Shown here one piece after another: positions 1 to 10,398 of a stretch of 64,000 nt of DNA; within the stretch, counting starts at the first letter, position 1, and each line of letters starts with the position of its first letter. The DNA comes from an uncultured delta proteobacterium. GTDB lineage: Bacteria > Desulfobacterota > Binatia > UBA9968. The position numbers were made by a program, and so were the translations under genes. Below the pieces are notes generated by a model. The model was given only the letters and a program-made list of their open reading frames with translations. It had not been told where the DNA came from and did no database searches. Where the stretch lies: the NCBI GenBank assembly GCA_963727625.1, contig CAVSHR010000005.1, positions 928,001 through 992,000 of the forward strand. Direction: 5' to 3'.

Positions 1-476
1 GCGCCTTCGGCCGGATCGGCGGCCGCGCGGCCGTAGTCGTGGTAGGCGGTCTGCCCCTGGAAGCGGAGCGCGGGCTGCGACATCGGCAGAAGCCCGCACT
101 GAAGCGACGAGACCGCGGTCGTGTACGGCATGTGGGTGTGAAACACGCAGTTGACGTCCGGCCGCGCCGCCAGGATCGACCCATGGATCGCGACGCCGGC
201 CCGATTCACCGGCGCCTCGCTCGGCCCTACGGCCTTGCCTGCGAAGTCCATCCTCACCAGGCTGGACGCGGTGATCTGGTTGAAGAGAATGCCGTGGGGA
301 TTGAGCAGATACGACGGCGTCGGCCCCGGCACACGCAGAGAGATGTGGGTGTTGATCAGCTCGGACATGCCGTACTTGTCGGCCAGGCGGTACGCGGCGG
401 CCAGGTTGACGCGCAGCTCGCGCTCCTCCTCGGATATCTGACCCGTGAGTCTCTGGTCGGTTGCTGTCACTGCCAT
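1..476 (-). CDS. Class II aldolase/adducin family protein (runs off window start)
   Basis: Manual translation of the minus strand: MAVTATDQRL...LAAAYRLADKYGMSELINTHISLRVPG...IHGSILAARPDVNCVFHTHMPY; AGGAG RBS upstream; absent from the ORF track because its stop lies outside the window. Confidence 0.85.
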   Translation of the reverse strand, partial: MAVTATDQRLTGQISEEERELRVNLAAAYRLADKYGMSELINTHISLRVPGPTPSYLLNPHGILFNQITASSLVRMDFAGKAVGPSEAPVNRAGVAIHGSILAARPDVNCVFHTHMPYTTAVSSLQCGLLPMSQPALRFQGQTAYHDYGRAAADPAEG

Positions 477-837
477 AACATACTCCTTTTCGCTCAACAG
501 TCTGCTTGCTGATCGGCGCAGACTTTCATGGTATGCAGCACGCATCAGTGCGGGAAATTTGAACGATCTCTTTCGCTGACGCGAGCTATAGCGCCGCGCC
601 GAAAAAGTGTCAACGGCACAACGCTTGAATCATGGCGTACCGTTACGGAATCGCCAGCCATAGTTTCTGCGCCCCCACCACTTCTGGCTGACGCTTGCCG
701 GGCATTGCGCAATCTTGATATCCAGGGCCTCGTTGATTAGCGAAATATGATCAATGTGCAAGCCCGGCGTCTGACTGTAAAGGAAGATTTAAAATTCACG
801 TACGATTTGTTTGTCGGGAACTTTTAAGGAGGCGGTC

Positions 838-1803
838 ATGACATTCAGGGGCATACATTTGTTCGCTGCCTTTCTGGGATCGATCACGTTCTTTGCTGCG
901 TGCGACGAGAGAGCAACCAGCTCATCCGAATCAAAGGCTGTCTCCGAACCAAACAAGTCCGCAGCATCCGACCTCTGGCGCGTCTACGATCAATCCCTCA
1001 AAGGCGCCAAGTACGTTGACCTGACGCACACGCTCACGCCGTCGATCCCAGTGTGGAAAGGATTCGCTCAGGCGAAGTTCATGCCCACGGTCAATCCGCA
1101 GACCAAGCAGTCTTACACCTACAAAAAGGACGGCTTCGAGGCAACGCACTACGACTTGCCCACCGATCAGTACGGCACCCAGCTCGATCCGCCGGCGCAT
1201 TGGGCGCCGGAGTATCCGGCCATCGACGAGCTGCCCGCGACCTATGCGGTGCGTCCGCTGGTGGTGATTTCCATCGTCGATCAAGTGGCGAAAGATCCCG
1301 GCTATCATTTGCAGAAGTCCGATATCGACAGTTGGGAAAAGCGCAACGGCACTATTCCGCCCGGCTCGGTGGTGATGGTCCGTTCGGATTGGTCGAAGAA
1401 GTGGCCCGATCCGGCGCTGGCGAGCGAAAAAGTTTTCCCGGGCGTGTCGTTGGAAGCGCTTAAATTTCTCCACCAGGAACGCCACATTCTTTTTCACGGC
1501 CACGAGCCGCTCGACACCGACACCACGCCGACGCTCGAAGGCGAAGATTGGCTGATGCACCACGGCTACTCCCAGGCCGAAGGTGTGGCGAACCTGGACA
1601 AGGTGCCCGAGAAGGGCTGCCTGGTCACCATCGGCTATCCGAAATTCGCCGGCGGCCTGGGCGGCTACGCTCGTTACATTGCGATCTGTCCGGCGGATTG
1701 GAAATACGGCGTGTCTGTGGGCGAAGTTCCGGAGGCTCCCCTCCCCAAGAGCGACAAGATTCTTCAGTGGGACGCCAAGCTCGGCATGCGCGTGCGCAAA
1801 TAG
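838..1803 (+). CDS. Cyclase (kynurenine formamidase-like) family protein, probable lipoprotein
   Basis: VDLTH, QYGTQLDPPAH and GHEPLDTD motifs; N-terminal hydrophobic stretch ending FFAAC; AGGAGG RBS before ATG 838. Confidence 0.8.
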   Translation: MTFRGIHLFAAFLGSITFFAACDERATSSSESKAVSEPNKSAASDLWRVYDQSLKGAKYVDLTHTLTPSIPVWKGFAQAKFMPTVNPQTKQSYTYKKDGFEATHYDLPTDQYGTQLDPPAHWAPEYPAIDELPATYAVRPLVVISIVDQVAKDPGYHLQKSDIDSWEKRNGTIPPGSVVMVRSDWSKKWPDPALASEKVFPGVSLEALKFLHQERHILFHGHEPLDTDTTPTLEGEDWLMHHGYSQAEGVANLDKVPEKGCLVTIGYPKFAGGLGGYARYIAICPADWKYGVSVGEVPEAPLPKSDKILQWDAKLGMRVRK

Positions 1804-1888
1804 ATTTTTAGCGTGCGGCAAAATTTCGCAGGTCGCTGGCTGGAATTTCGTCGGACGCGAGTCAAATTCATCACGGTGCGAAACTCGT

Positions 1889-3196
1889 CTACGCGACCGC
1901 CTCTTGGAACGTCAGTTGAATCTCCTCCGAACTCTGATCGTCCAGCTTTACTTTCTTGCCATCCTTGATGACCACCGCGAGATTGGCGGAGTCTTGCAAG
2001 ACTCGAATATCTGCGGCCGGATTTTTCTTTAGAATGATCACGTCGGCGAGCTTGCCCGCTTCCAGCACGCCGACCTGGTTTTCCAGTCCGACGGCGTAGG
2101 CGTTTTCTTTCGTGCAGGCGCTGATCGCTTCGAGCGGCGTGTAGCCGCCGCAGCGAACCAAAATCTCGGGCTCTTTGGCGTGCATCTTGCCATAGGGCAT
2201 CCAGGCATAATTGCCGCAATCCGTGCCGCACATGACTTTGATCCCCATGGACCGTGCTCGTTGCAGGACGTGCACCAGCCCGTCCATGTTCTTTTTCATT
2301 CGTTCGAGGCTGATCTGAATTTGCTCCTGCCCCACTTCACGGCCGATTTCCAAGACTCTTTCGACGAACGTCGCGGTCGGCACGATGCGCGCGCCCGCTT
2401 TTGCGACGGCTTCGAGGTCCGCTTCCGTGGCCATGTCGGTATGCATGATCCAGTCGACGCCGGCTTCCGCGGCCGCCCGCGTCGATGCTGAGCCTCGAGA
2501 GTGAATCGCAACTTTCACGTTGCGCCGGTGTGCTTCGCCGACCACCGCGGCGATTTCTTCTTTGGCTAGGGTCTGGATTTCGCCGGAGCGGCTATCCGCC
2601 ATTTTTATAAAATCAACGCCGTGCTTGCACTGGCGCCGCGCTTCGCCAACCATCTCCGCTGCACTGTTGCAAAGCACGCCGATGGAGTGATCCGGAGTTC
2701 CCACCCAGGAAGGCTCTTCGTCCTCGATCGAGCCATAGGTCACGATCATGCGGCTGGCACAGTATACACGCGGACCTTCGATCAAGCCGAGTTTTATCGC
2801 GTCGCGCACAGCCACGTCGGTGAACCAGGTTCCGCCCGGCACGGAGATGCTGGTCACGCCGGAGCGCAGCACCTGCTGCGCGTTTCTCGCGGCGCGCAGG
2901 GTGTTGAATTCGGGCCGGGTCGTGCCTCTGCCTCTGGCTTCGCCCGGCACTTTAGGGTTGCCATATGAAAGATGAGTGTGAGCATCGATCAGTCCCGGCA
3001 TAATCCATTGGCCGGCGGCGTCGATCACTTCCACGTTGTCTCGGTCTTCCAATTTTAAATCGCCCGGCAGGCGTCCCACGCTCTTGATGCGATTGCCTTG
3101 AATCACAATCGCCTCGTTTCGGAGCGGAGGATTGCCGTTGCCGTCGATGAGAATCCCGTCAGAGACGACAATCGTCTTATTGCCGTTGGCGCTCAT
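1889..3196 (-). CDS. Amidohydrolase family protein
   Basis: PGLIDAHTH, IKMA, AIHS, MHT, GTDCG and GKLAD motifs of the TIM-barrel amidohydrolase superfamily; GGAGGT RBS before ATG 3196. Confidence 0.85.
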   Translation of the reverse strand: MSANGNKTIVVSDGILIDGNGNPPLRNEAIVIQGNRIKSVGRLPGDLKLEDRDNVEVIDAAGQWIMPGLIDAHTHLSYGNPKVPGEARGRGTTRPEFNTLRAARNAQQVLRSGVTSISVPGGTWFTDVAVRDAIKLGLIEGPRVYCASRMIVTYGSIEDEEPSWVGTPDHSIGVLCNSAAEMVGEARRQCKHGVDFIKMADSRSGEIQTLAKEEIAAVVGEAHRRNVKVAIHSRGSASTRAAAEAGVDWIMHTDMATEADLEAVAKAGARIVPTATFVERVLEIGREVGQEQIQISLERMKKNMDGLVHVLQRARSMGIKVMCGTDCGNYAWMPYGKMHAKEPEILVRCGGYTPLEAISACTKENAYAVGLENQVGVLEAGKLADVIILKKNPAADIRVLQDSANLAVVIKDGKKVKLDDQSSEEIQLTFQEAVA

Positions 3197-3371
3197 AGCC
3201 ACCTCCATCGTAGGTCAATAATCGCTACCTAAGCCGCGTCCCGATGTGGATGAGCCAATCCGCGGTCGCTCTTAGTCGCGATCTATCAGGCTCGATATGC
3301 AAGCGCAACCAATAATTTGTCAGCGCATTCCGAGAGAAGAACAAGCCCAGGAAACGGAAAACAGGAAAACA

Positions 3372-3394
3372 GGGTCAGGTCTTTTCTTTTGACA
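3372..3394 (+). repeat. RAYT-associated upstream motif GGGTCAGGTCTTTTCTTTTGACA
   Basis: Resembles the reconstructed motif GGGGTCAGGTCTTGCAATACGACA at the same position upstream of the second RAYT. Confidence 0.7.
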
Positions 3395-3423
3395 TTTCCG
3401 AAAACGTAGATTAGATTCGCCCC

Positions 3424-4275
3424 ATGGCCCGGCCCTTACGGATCGAATTCGACGGCGCGCTTTATCACGTCACCTCGCGGGGAAATAACCGCAAAGCAAT
3501 CTACAAGGATGACGCTGACCGAGAGCTGTTTCTCAAAATTCTCGCTCGGGTCGCGGAGCGCTTTAACTGGATTTGTCACGCCTATTGTTTGATGAACAAT
3601 CATTACCACCTGGTCATCGAAACTCCGGACGGTAATTTATCTAAGGGGATGAGACAGCTCAATGGAGTTTATACTCAGTCATTCAACAAGCAGCACCGCC
3701 GTGTTGGCCATGTCTTTCAGGGACGATTTAAAAGCATCCTGGTCCAGAAAGACAGCCACTTTCTGGAAGTCTGCCGCTACGTCGTGCTTAACCCGGTGCG
3801 AGCGAAGATGGTCCGCCACCCGCGGCAATGGAAATGGAGCAGCTACCGCGCAACGGCAGGCAACACTCGCCCTCACGGTTGTCTCACCGTTGATGAAGTC
3901 CTTAGTCATTTTGGGCAAAGAAAATCCGCCGCGCGACGGAACTATGCCGAGTTCGTTCAAGCGGGGATTGGCAGTGCTTCGATATGGGATGGTCTCGAAG
4001 CACAGAGCCTTCTGGGTGTTGAAGGCTTCGCCGAGGGCCTACGCCAGCACGTGACGGGGAAGCGAAAGATCCGAGAGATTCCAAAAGGTCAAAGATACGC
4101 CGGACGACCCACCTTAGAGAAGATCTTCTCATCAAGAATTCGCCAAAAACAAATGAGAGACCAACGGATCGCAAAGGCTGTCACCGAATACGGCTACAGC
4201 CAAATGGAGTTGGCGAGCCACTTGGACCTACACTACTCGACAATCTGCCGGATAGTGGCAACATCCGGTGAGTAG
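3424..4275 (+). mobile_element. REP-associated tyrosine (HUH, Y1) transposase with C-terminal HTH
   Basis: MARPLRIEFDGALYHVTSRGN, NHYH (HUH), RYVVLNP, WKWSSY, and YGYSQMELASHLDLHYSTI HTH. Confidence 0.9.
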
Positions 4276-4509
4276 CAAAGATGCTGGGCTAATCCTTAAC
4301 TTCGGAGGCGCGGAGCTCGCGGAGCAAACCGCTTGGATTTGAAATTATTCGCTCCTAATATTTTTTCGCTTCAGCCAGCCTCCATGACGAATTGACCCAA
4401 GGGGGTTGATTTAGAATTGACCGAACCTAGACTTAAAACCTCGGGTAGGCGAAGAACCCGACACCGGCCCGAGTTGTAAAATCCGAGATAGAGCCAGATA
4501 GAGGAGGAC

Positions 4510-5664
4510 GTGATCATGTTGAGATTAAACCTGAAAAATATGCTGGTTTTACTGGCGGCGTCAGCGCTGGTATTTGCCGCCACCGGCAACGGCATGACGG
4601 CCCAATCATCATCCGTCCAGCTGCCCACCGGCTGGAAAACCCCCAGCGAGCTTTACGCCAAGCTGGCTAAATTGCCGCCGAACCAGCTTGACCAGGTGCT
4701 TTACGAAGGGGCGAAGAAGGAAGGCGCGGTCACCTATGCCGCGCCGTTCGAGGAGAGCCAGATGGCGAAGTTCATGGAGGGCTTCATGCAGAAGTACCCG
4801 GGAATCGACGCCAAAGGCCTGGGCGGCCAGCAAGAGGACGTCAGCAACCGGGTTCTCGCCGAAGCGCGCGCCGGCCGCAGTAGTTTCGACCTCATCAGCA
4901 TCGGCACGTTTCTGGGGCAATACCGGGAAGCAAAAGCCCTCGCCCAGATTCATGATCTGGTCGGCGATGCGCACTATCCAGCCAAATTCCGCGGCAAAGA
5001 CTTCTATTCCTGGAACCTGTTAAGCATGATCATCGCTTACAACACCAACTTGGTAAAACCGTCGGACGCGCCAAAAGGTTATACGGACATGCTCGATCCT
5101 AAGTGGAAGGGAAAATTTTCCGTCGACAACTCACCCGACACCTGGATCTTTGGCATGCTCAACAAATGGGGTGCCGAGAAATCCTATAACTATCAAAAGC
5201 AGCTGATCCAGGATCAGAAAGCGCTGATTCGCAAGGGTCACACCAACCAGACCAACCTCCTCATCGCCGGGGCGTTTCCGGTGTCGATTGAGCTCTATTC
5301 TTACAAAATAGCGTCCATGAAGCACAAAGGCGCTCCTGTTGAAATGGTCTTCCCAAAGGAGTTCGTGTCGGCCGAGGCCAGCGGTGTCGGCATCAGCAGC
5401 CGGGCGCCTCATCCCTATGCGGCGCTGCTTCTCGCTCGCTTTCACGTCGACCCCAATGGCGGGCAGAAAATTCTCGCCCAGTTCGGGCGCGTTATGGCGC
5501 ACCCGGACACTAAACTTAAGTATAAGGACCTCCAGCAGGTAACCGCTCAGGACACGTTGGATCGCATGTCGCTGCTTACTGCCGAGGAGTTGGTGAAGTA
5601 CAGTAAACCGTACACAAAGATCATCAAGGAAATTTACAACCCGGCATTCCGGGGAAAAAAGTGA
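4510..5664 (+). CDS. ABC transporter substrate-binding protein (Fe3+/PBP2-type)
   Basis: Signal peptide; EGAKKEG, AYNTNLV, LDPKWKGK, APHPYAA. Confidence 0.85.
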   Translation: MIMLRLNLKNMLVLLAASALVFAATGNGMTAQSSSVQLPTGWKTPSELYAKLAKLPPNQLDQVLYEGAKKEGAVTYAAPFEESQMAKFMEGFMQKYPGIDAKGLGGQQEDVSNRVLAEARAGRSSFDLISIGTFLGQYREAKALAQIHDLVGDAHYPAKFRGKDFYSWNLLSMIIAYNTNLVKPSDAPKGYTDMLDPKWKGKFSVDNSPDTWIFGMLNKWGAEKSYNYQKQLIQDQKALIRKGHTNQTNLLIAGAFPVSIELYSYKIASMKHKGAPVEMVFPKEFVSAEASGVGISSRAPHPYAALLLARFHVDPNGGQKILAQFGRVMAHPDTKLKYKDLQQVTAQDTLDRMSLLTAEELVKYSKPYTKIIKEIYNPAFRGKK

Positions 5665-5792
5665 GCTAAAACTCTAAACGCGCTCGGCCCGTTGTCACGC
5701 TGCATTGAACTGCTTCCGGGCCGGGGCGCTTTTCCCCATTTCATGGTAGGTGTTGGGGGCGCGATCGTCGCACTACCAAGAAGTTTTTCATC

Positions 5793-7541
5793 ATGAGCAC
5801 CCAAGCCGTTTCGGTGTCAGCGAGACGTTCATTGCGTTTGCCGCTCGACTGGTCGCGCCGGCTCAACGGTCAAACCATCGCCGTCGGTTTGCTTACCCTG
5901 CTGCTGACTTGGCTGATCATGGTCCCGCTGGCGGTGGTGATTTGGGGCGCCTTTCGCGATGGCCAACCTGGCCAGACCGGTCACTACACCCTGACGAAAT
6001 TCGTCGCAGCCTACCAGGACACGCTGCTCCAAACGGTCGGCAACACGATGGTCTTTGCACTAGGCGCGGCTTTCTTGTGTCTGGTGATCGGCACTTTTCT
6101 CGCCTGGATCACCGAGCGCACCGACGCGCCGCTGCGGCCGCTGATTTATGCTGTATCGTTGTTTCCGCTGATCGCTCCGGGTGTCTTGATGGCCAGTGCC
6201 TGGGTCCTGGTGCTCCACCCGAAGATCGGTATCATCAACGTCGCAGCCCAGACTTTGTTCGGCATAGAAGGGCCGGTGTTCAACGGCTATAGCATGGCCG
6301 GTATGATCTGGGCCCAAGCGATCGACCAGATTTCTCTGCCGTTCTTGCTCATGGCCGCGGCATTTCGTTCAATGGACCCGTCGCTGGAGGAGGCCTCCGC
6401 TGTCGCCGGCGCGCGCTTGGGCACCACCATGCGCACGGTAACGCTGCCGCTGCTGCTACCTGCGGTGCTGGCGGTTTTTCTGCTGGTCTTTGTGCGCGCA
6501 ATTGAGAGCTTCGATGTGCCCGCGGTGCTCGGCGTTCCAGCCGGCGTTCCGGTGTTCGCCACCCAGGTGTTTCTCGCGGTCTGGGATGTACCGCAGGATT
6601 ACAACGTCGCTTCGGCTTTCGGCGTCGGGTACCTAGTCATCAGCTTGCTTCTACTCTATCTCTATCACCGCGCGACGCGCATGTCGGAGCGCTACGTGAC
6701 GGTTACCGGGAAAGCGTTTCGGCCCCGCCGTATGCAGCTTAGTCGCTGGCGCTGGCCGCTCAGCCTCTTTAGCCTGCTGCTCTTGGCCGTCGGCGTGGGC
6801 TTGCCGGTCTTCGTCTTCGTCTGGACTTCCTTCCTGCAGTTCTACCAGATTCCATCGCTCTCTCAGCTGCCGCACTTCAGCCTGGACAACTACCGGGCAA
6901 TCTTGGAATTGCCCAACACCGCGCGAAGCATTTACAACACCCTGCTGGTCGGCATCGTGTCGTCGCTGATCATTGTCCTGCTGGCCGCGACCATCTCGTG
7001 GATTGTCATCCGCAGCCGGGTTCAAGGAAGAAAATTTTTGGACTTTCTTTCGTTCTCACCCATCGCGATACCCGGGACGGTCATGGGTCTGGCCCTTTTA
7101 TGGCTCTACTTGGTGGTACCGATTCCGATCTACGCAACCATGTGGATTCTCATCGTCGCCTTCGTCGGCAAGTATATCACCGTGGCCGTGCGCTCGACCC
7201 ACGCCTCATTGCAACAAATAAGCGTCGAGCTCGAAGAAGTGTCGACGGTGAGCGGCGCTTCCTGGGGTCGCACGTTCCGTTCCGTGGTGCTGCCGCTGAT
7301 GGCGCCGGGCCTGGTGGTGGCTTTCATCTACAGCCTGTCATTGACTTTTAAAGTTCTTTCCATGCCGATCCTGCTCGGCAGCGTCGATACCAAGCTGATG
7401 TCGGTAACGATTTACAATCTCTATGAGGACGGCCAGTATCCCATGCTCTCCGCGATGGGCGTCATTCTGTTGCTGCTCGTTCTCACCCTGTCATTCATCG
7501 GTACCTACGTCGGCAAGCGCTTCGGGGTGAAGCAGGACTGA
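5793..7541 (+). CDS. Iron-type ABC transporter permease (two fused TM domains)
   Basis: Multiple TM helices; two EAA-like loops (SLEEASAVAGA, ELEEVSTVSGA); ERTDAP motif. Confidence 0.9.
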   Translation: MSTQAVSVSARRSLRLPLDWSRRLNGQTIAVGLLTLLLTWLIMVPLAVVIWGAFRDGQPGQTGHYTLTKFVAAYQDTLLQTVGNTMVFALGAAFLCLVIGTFLAWITERTDAPLRPLIYAVSLFPLIAPGVLMASAWVLVLHPKIGIINVAAQTLFGIEGPVFNGYSMAGMIWAQAIDQISLPFLLMAAAFRSMDPSLEEASAVAGARLGTTMRTVTLPLLLPAVLAVFLLVFVRAIESFDVPAVLGVPAGVPVFATQVFLAVWDVPQDYNVASAFGVGYLVISLLLLYLYHRATRMSERYVTVTGKAFRPRRMQLSRWRWPLSLFSLLLLAVGVGLPVFVFVWTSFLQFYQIPSLSQLPHFSLDNYRAILELPNTARSIYNTLLVGIVSSLIIVLLAATISWIVIRSRVQGRKFLDFLSFSPIAIPGTVMGLALLWLYLVVPIPIYATMWILIVAFVGKYITVAVRSTHASLQQISVELEEVSTVSGASWGRTFRSVVLPLMAPGLVVAFIYSLSLTFKVLSMPILLGSVDTKLMSVTIYNLYEDGQYPMLSAMGVILLLLVLTLSFIGTYVGKRFGVKQD

Positions 7542-7645
7542 AGATATTTATCGCCGACACGGAAAAAAACTACACAAGTTTGAATCCCGGTTCACCACAG
7601 CGTAAAGAGTGCGCAGAGCAAACAAAAGGCTCCGAACTTTTGCCT

Positions 7646-8803
7646 TTAATCTTTACTTTTGACTTGCAACTTCTCTACCGCCCCCTGCACCAGTTCGGCC
7701 TGCCAGCGTAGCAGGCCGCCGCTTTTCATGATCTCATCGACGCTCCTTGCCCGGCTGCGGGTGACGGCCTCGAGCGCGGCGCGCGGCGCCAGAGTCGAAG
7801 CGGCGAGCCCCAACTCCGTGGCGCTGCGCACGCATTCGATGCGCAGCGCGTCGAATTGCGCCCGACAGTCGGCCGGAAGAACCGCGCCATGGTCCGGTAT
7901 CCTTCGTTCCGGCCATTGCGCCGGCGCCATCTGGGCGGCCCGGGCGATCGCCTCTTCGAGGGTTTGCAGCCGTGCGCCGCGAATGTTGCGCGGCAACTTC
8001 GGTCCTTGACGCAGTGGAACGGTCGAGTGAGACTCGGCCCATTGGAGCAGCTCGAACATCTGCTCATCGCCGAAGACTTTGAAGGGCGGTACGTCTGCGG
8101 TACGTGCGTGCTCGTCGCGCCAGCCCCAGAGCTCGCGTAGATAGGCGAGTTGGCGGGGGGTCAACCGGCCAGCCCCCTTGATGCGCCAGGCGTTTTTCGG
8201 GTCGCGCACGCGATCCCGGCCGGACGCCCCGACCATCCCCCGGCAGCTTTCCCTATGCCATTCGATCCGTCCACACCCGCTCAACTCGCCGGCCAGCCGT
8301 TCGGCGAGCGGCTCGAGGAAACGCGTATCATTCACCGCGTAGCTCAGTTGCGCTTCGCTCAGCGGGCGGCGCGACCAGTCGGACTTCTGCCCTGCCTTGC
8401 CGATCGTGATCGCGAAGCAGCGCTCGATGAGCGCCGCCAGGCCGATCTGTTCGATGCCGAGCAATTGCGCCGCAATCATGGTGTCGAAAACTTCACGGCG
8501 CGGCCGAAAGTCCATCGACGTGCGCATCATGCGCAGGTCGTAATCGCCACCGTGGAGAATCAGCGGCTTTTCGGCCAGCGCTTCCAAGAATCCACCCAGG
8601 TCCAACGCGGCAAGCGGGTCGACGAGGTAGTGCTCGCCGCCGAGCGAGAGCTGGATCAAACAGACCTTCTCAAAATAGTTGTGCAGACTGTCGGCCTCGG
8701 TATCCAGCGCGACGATTTCCGCTGCGCCGATGTGATGGATCAGCCGCTCCAGCGCCACGGGTTCCCGAACATAAAAGTATTCAACGGGCTCCGGTGTGTT
8801 CAA
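7646..8803 (-). CDS. rnd: Ribonuclease D (3'-5' exonuclease plus HRDC)
   Basis: ALDTEAD, LIQLS, HGGDYD, FDTMIAA, SDWSRRPL, YAVND; WRDEHARTADVPPF HRDC region; GAGGAG RBS. Confidence 0.85.
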   Translation of the reverse strand: MNTPEPVEYFYVREPVALERLIHHIGAAEIVALDTEADSLHNYFEKVCLIQLSLGGEHYLVDPLAALDLGGFLEALAEKPLILHGGDYDLRMMRTSMDFRPRREVFDTMIAAQLLGIEQIGLAALIERCFAITIGKAGQKSDWSRRPLSEAQLSYAVNDTRFLEPLAERLAGELSGCGRIEWHRESCRGMVGASGRDRVRDPKNAWRIKGAGRLTPRQLAYLRELWGWRDEHARTADVPPFKVFGDEQMFELLQWAESHSTVPLRQGPKLPRNIRGARLQTLEEAIARAAQMAPAQWPERRIPDHGAVLPADCRAQFDALRIECVRSATELGLAASTLAPRAALEAVTRSRARSVDEIMKSGGLLRWQAELVQGAVEKLQVKSKD

Positions 8804-8994
8804 GGATTACTCCTCATACCTGCCTTGTTAGTTTGAACCCGCGATTGCCAAGTTCCAAGAGCTGACGAGGAAACAAAGGAACTCCGGAGGGTTATATCGA
8901 CCGGCCCGGCGACAATGCTCGCTATCGACGCAAACTCGCTTCAGCGCTACTTTGAACCATTGAAGCGGGGTGCTAGCCGCGGCGTGGTGGCAAG

Positions 8995-9055
8995 TTGGAC
9001 GATTTGAACGAAGCGAAGCGATGGAACGATCGGAACTGCTGGACCTTCGGAACGG
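8995..9055. repeat. Dispersed ~9-bp-periodic repeat (TTGAACG/TGGAACG units)
   Basis: ttgaacgaagcgaagcgatggaacgatcggaactgctgga closely matches 11491-11530. Confidence 0.7.
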
Positions 9056-9484
9056 GCTTCGTTCTATCCGAGCAGAGCCATTGACAATCTGAAACCCTCG
9101 ATAGAGACAGTCTTCCGGCGAGATGACTGCCGTGTGGCACAAAGTCTCTCCCGTCTGTCACAGTCTTTAGAAAGGTGGCAAGAGCACGGCGAGCGCGCAG
9201 CTGGAACTTTTGAAACTCGCTTCGGAATGGAAAACCACGCCCGTGTAGCTTCTGGCTCTAGGACGGTCCCGATTCTGCTCGTCGTACCGCACCTTCGTAT
9301 CTATCCCGCGTAGGTAAAAATAACCGGCAACAGGGAGTTTCTACTTTTCCGGGGGAGCGTCTGTTTATGCAAACTTCACCACGAAATATCTCAGGATGGT
9401 TCCTTCTGGAAAGAAAGTGCCAAAAGTACGGCTTTTGGCGAACTGGCATCCTTTGTGCTCTCACTACCCTATATGAGGAACACC

Positions 9485-9862
9485 GTGAAGAAAATATTGA
9501 TCGTCGACAGCAACGACAGCTTCCGAGAATCGCTCCGTAATTTTATCCAAAGTTTAGGCCACGAAGTCTTCGAAGCGATCACCGGTCCACTCGCCATCGA
9601 CATGGCTTCCAGCGTCCATCCTGATCTCATCATGATGGACGTGCGCTTGCCTGGCATGAATGGAGATGAGGTGACGGCACGATTAAAGAGAAATACCTCC
9701 ACCCGAAACATACCCGTGGTCATCAATACCGGATGGACCACCGCCTGCAACGTGGAAGAGCGCATCAGCCGCGCGCTCAATGCAGGGGCCGCCGAGGTTT
9801 TGTATAAGCCCTTTCAATTCCCGATGCTGCGCGATGTCCTGCGTAACTATTTGTTGGCCTAG
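9485..9862 (+). CDS. Single-domain response regulator (receiver)
   Basis: KKILIVD, PDLIMMDVRLPGMNG, NTG, YKPF; GAGGA RBS before GTG 9485. Confidence 0.85.
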   Translation: MKKILIVDSNDSFRESLRNFIQSLGHEVFEAITGPLAIDMASSVHPDLIMMDVRLPGMNGDEVTARLKRNTSTRNIPVVINTGWTTACNVEERISRALNAGAAEVLYKPFQFPMLRDVLRNYLLA

Positions 9863-10033
9863 AGCGACACAGCAATCGATCAGCCAACGTTAAGCATCGG
9901 GGGCCCAAGGGTTCTTTCTTCGACGGGGGTTCCGCTTGCTCCGCGCCATGGCAAACCCGGGCCGCTGACAAATCGGCGGCGTAACGCGCTCGGTTATTTC
10001 CGCCAGCGCGCTGGTTCAGACCAATTTGGAAAT

Positions 10034-10059
10034 AGGGGCAACCCGACCTGTTGCCCTTT
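10034..10059 (-). terminator. Probable terminator hairpin after the RRM gene
   Basis: GGGCAAC...GTTGCCC inverted repeat ~30 bp downstream of the stop codon. Confidence 0.5.
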
Positions 10060-10086
10060 CTTCCGCTTACTTAGCTGACAAGAAAC

Positions 10087-10398
10087 CTACCAGCGATTGC
10101 GCCCGCCGCTACGGTTACCGCGTCCGCCGCCGGCGTCGTTATCGCGCCGCGCCATCGGCTTGGCCTCGTTAACTGTCAGAGTGCGGCCATCGAGTTCCGT
10201 GCCGTTGAGCCCCGAGATAGCGGCTTGGGCCTCGCTGCCAGAGCTCATCTCGACAAAGCCGAAGCCGCGAGATTGACCCGTGAACTTGTCGGCGATGACG
10301 TTGGCTGATTCGACCGTACCATGCGCCGAAAAAATTTCTTTTAAACGCCCTTCCGTTACGGAATAGGGCAAACCACCGACATACAATTTAGTACCCAT
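10087..10398 (-). CDS. RNA-binding protein (RRM) with Gly/Arg-rich tail
   Basis: KLYVGGL (RNP2), RGFGFVEM (RNP1), GRTLTVNEAKP; AGGAGG RBS. Confidence 0.95.
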   Translation of the reverse strand: MGTKLYVGGLPYSVTEGRLKEIFSAHGTVESANVIADKFTGQSRGFGFVEMSSGSEAQAAISGLNGTELDGRTLTVNEAKPMARRDNDAGGGRGNRSGGRNRW

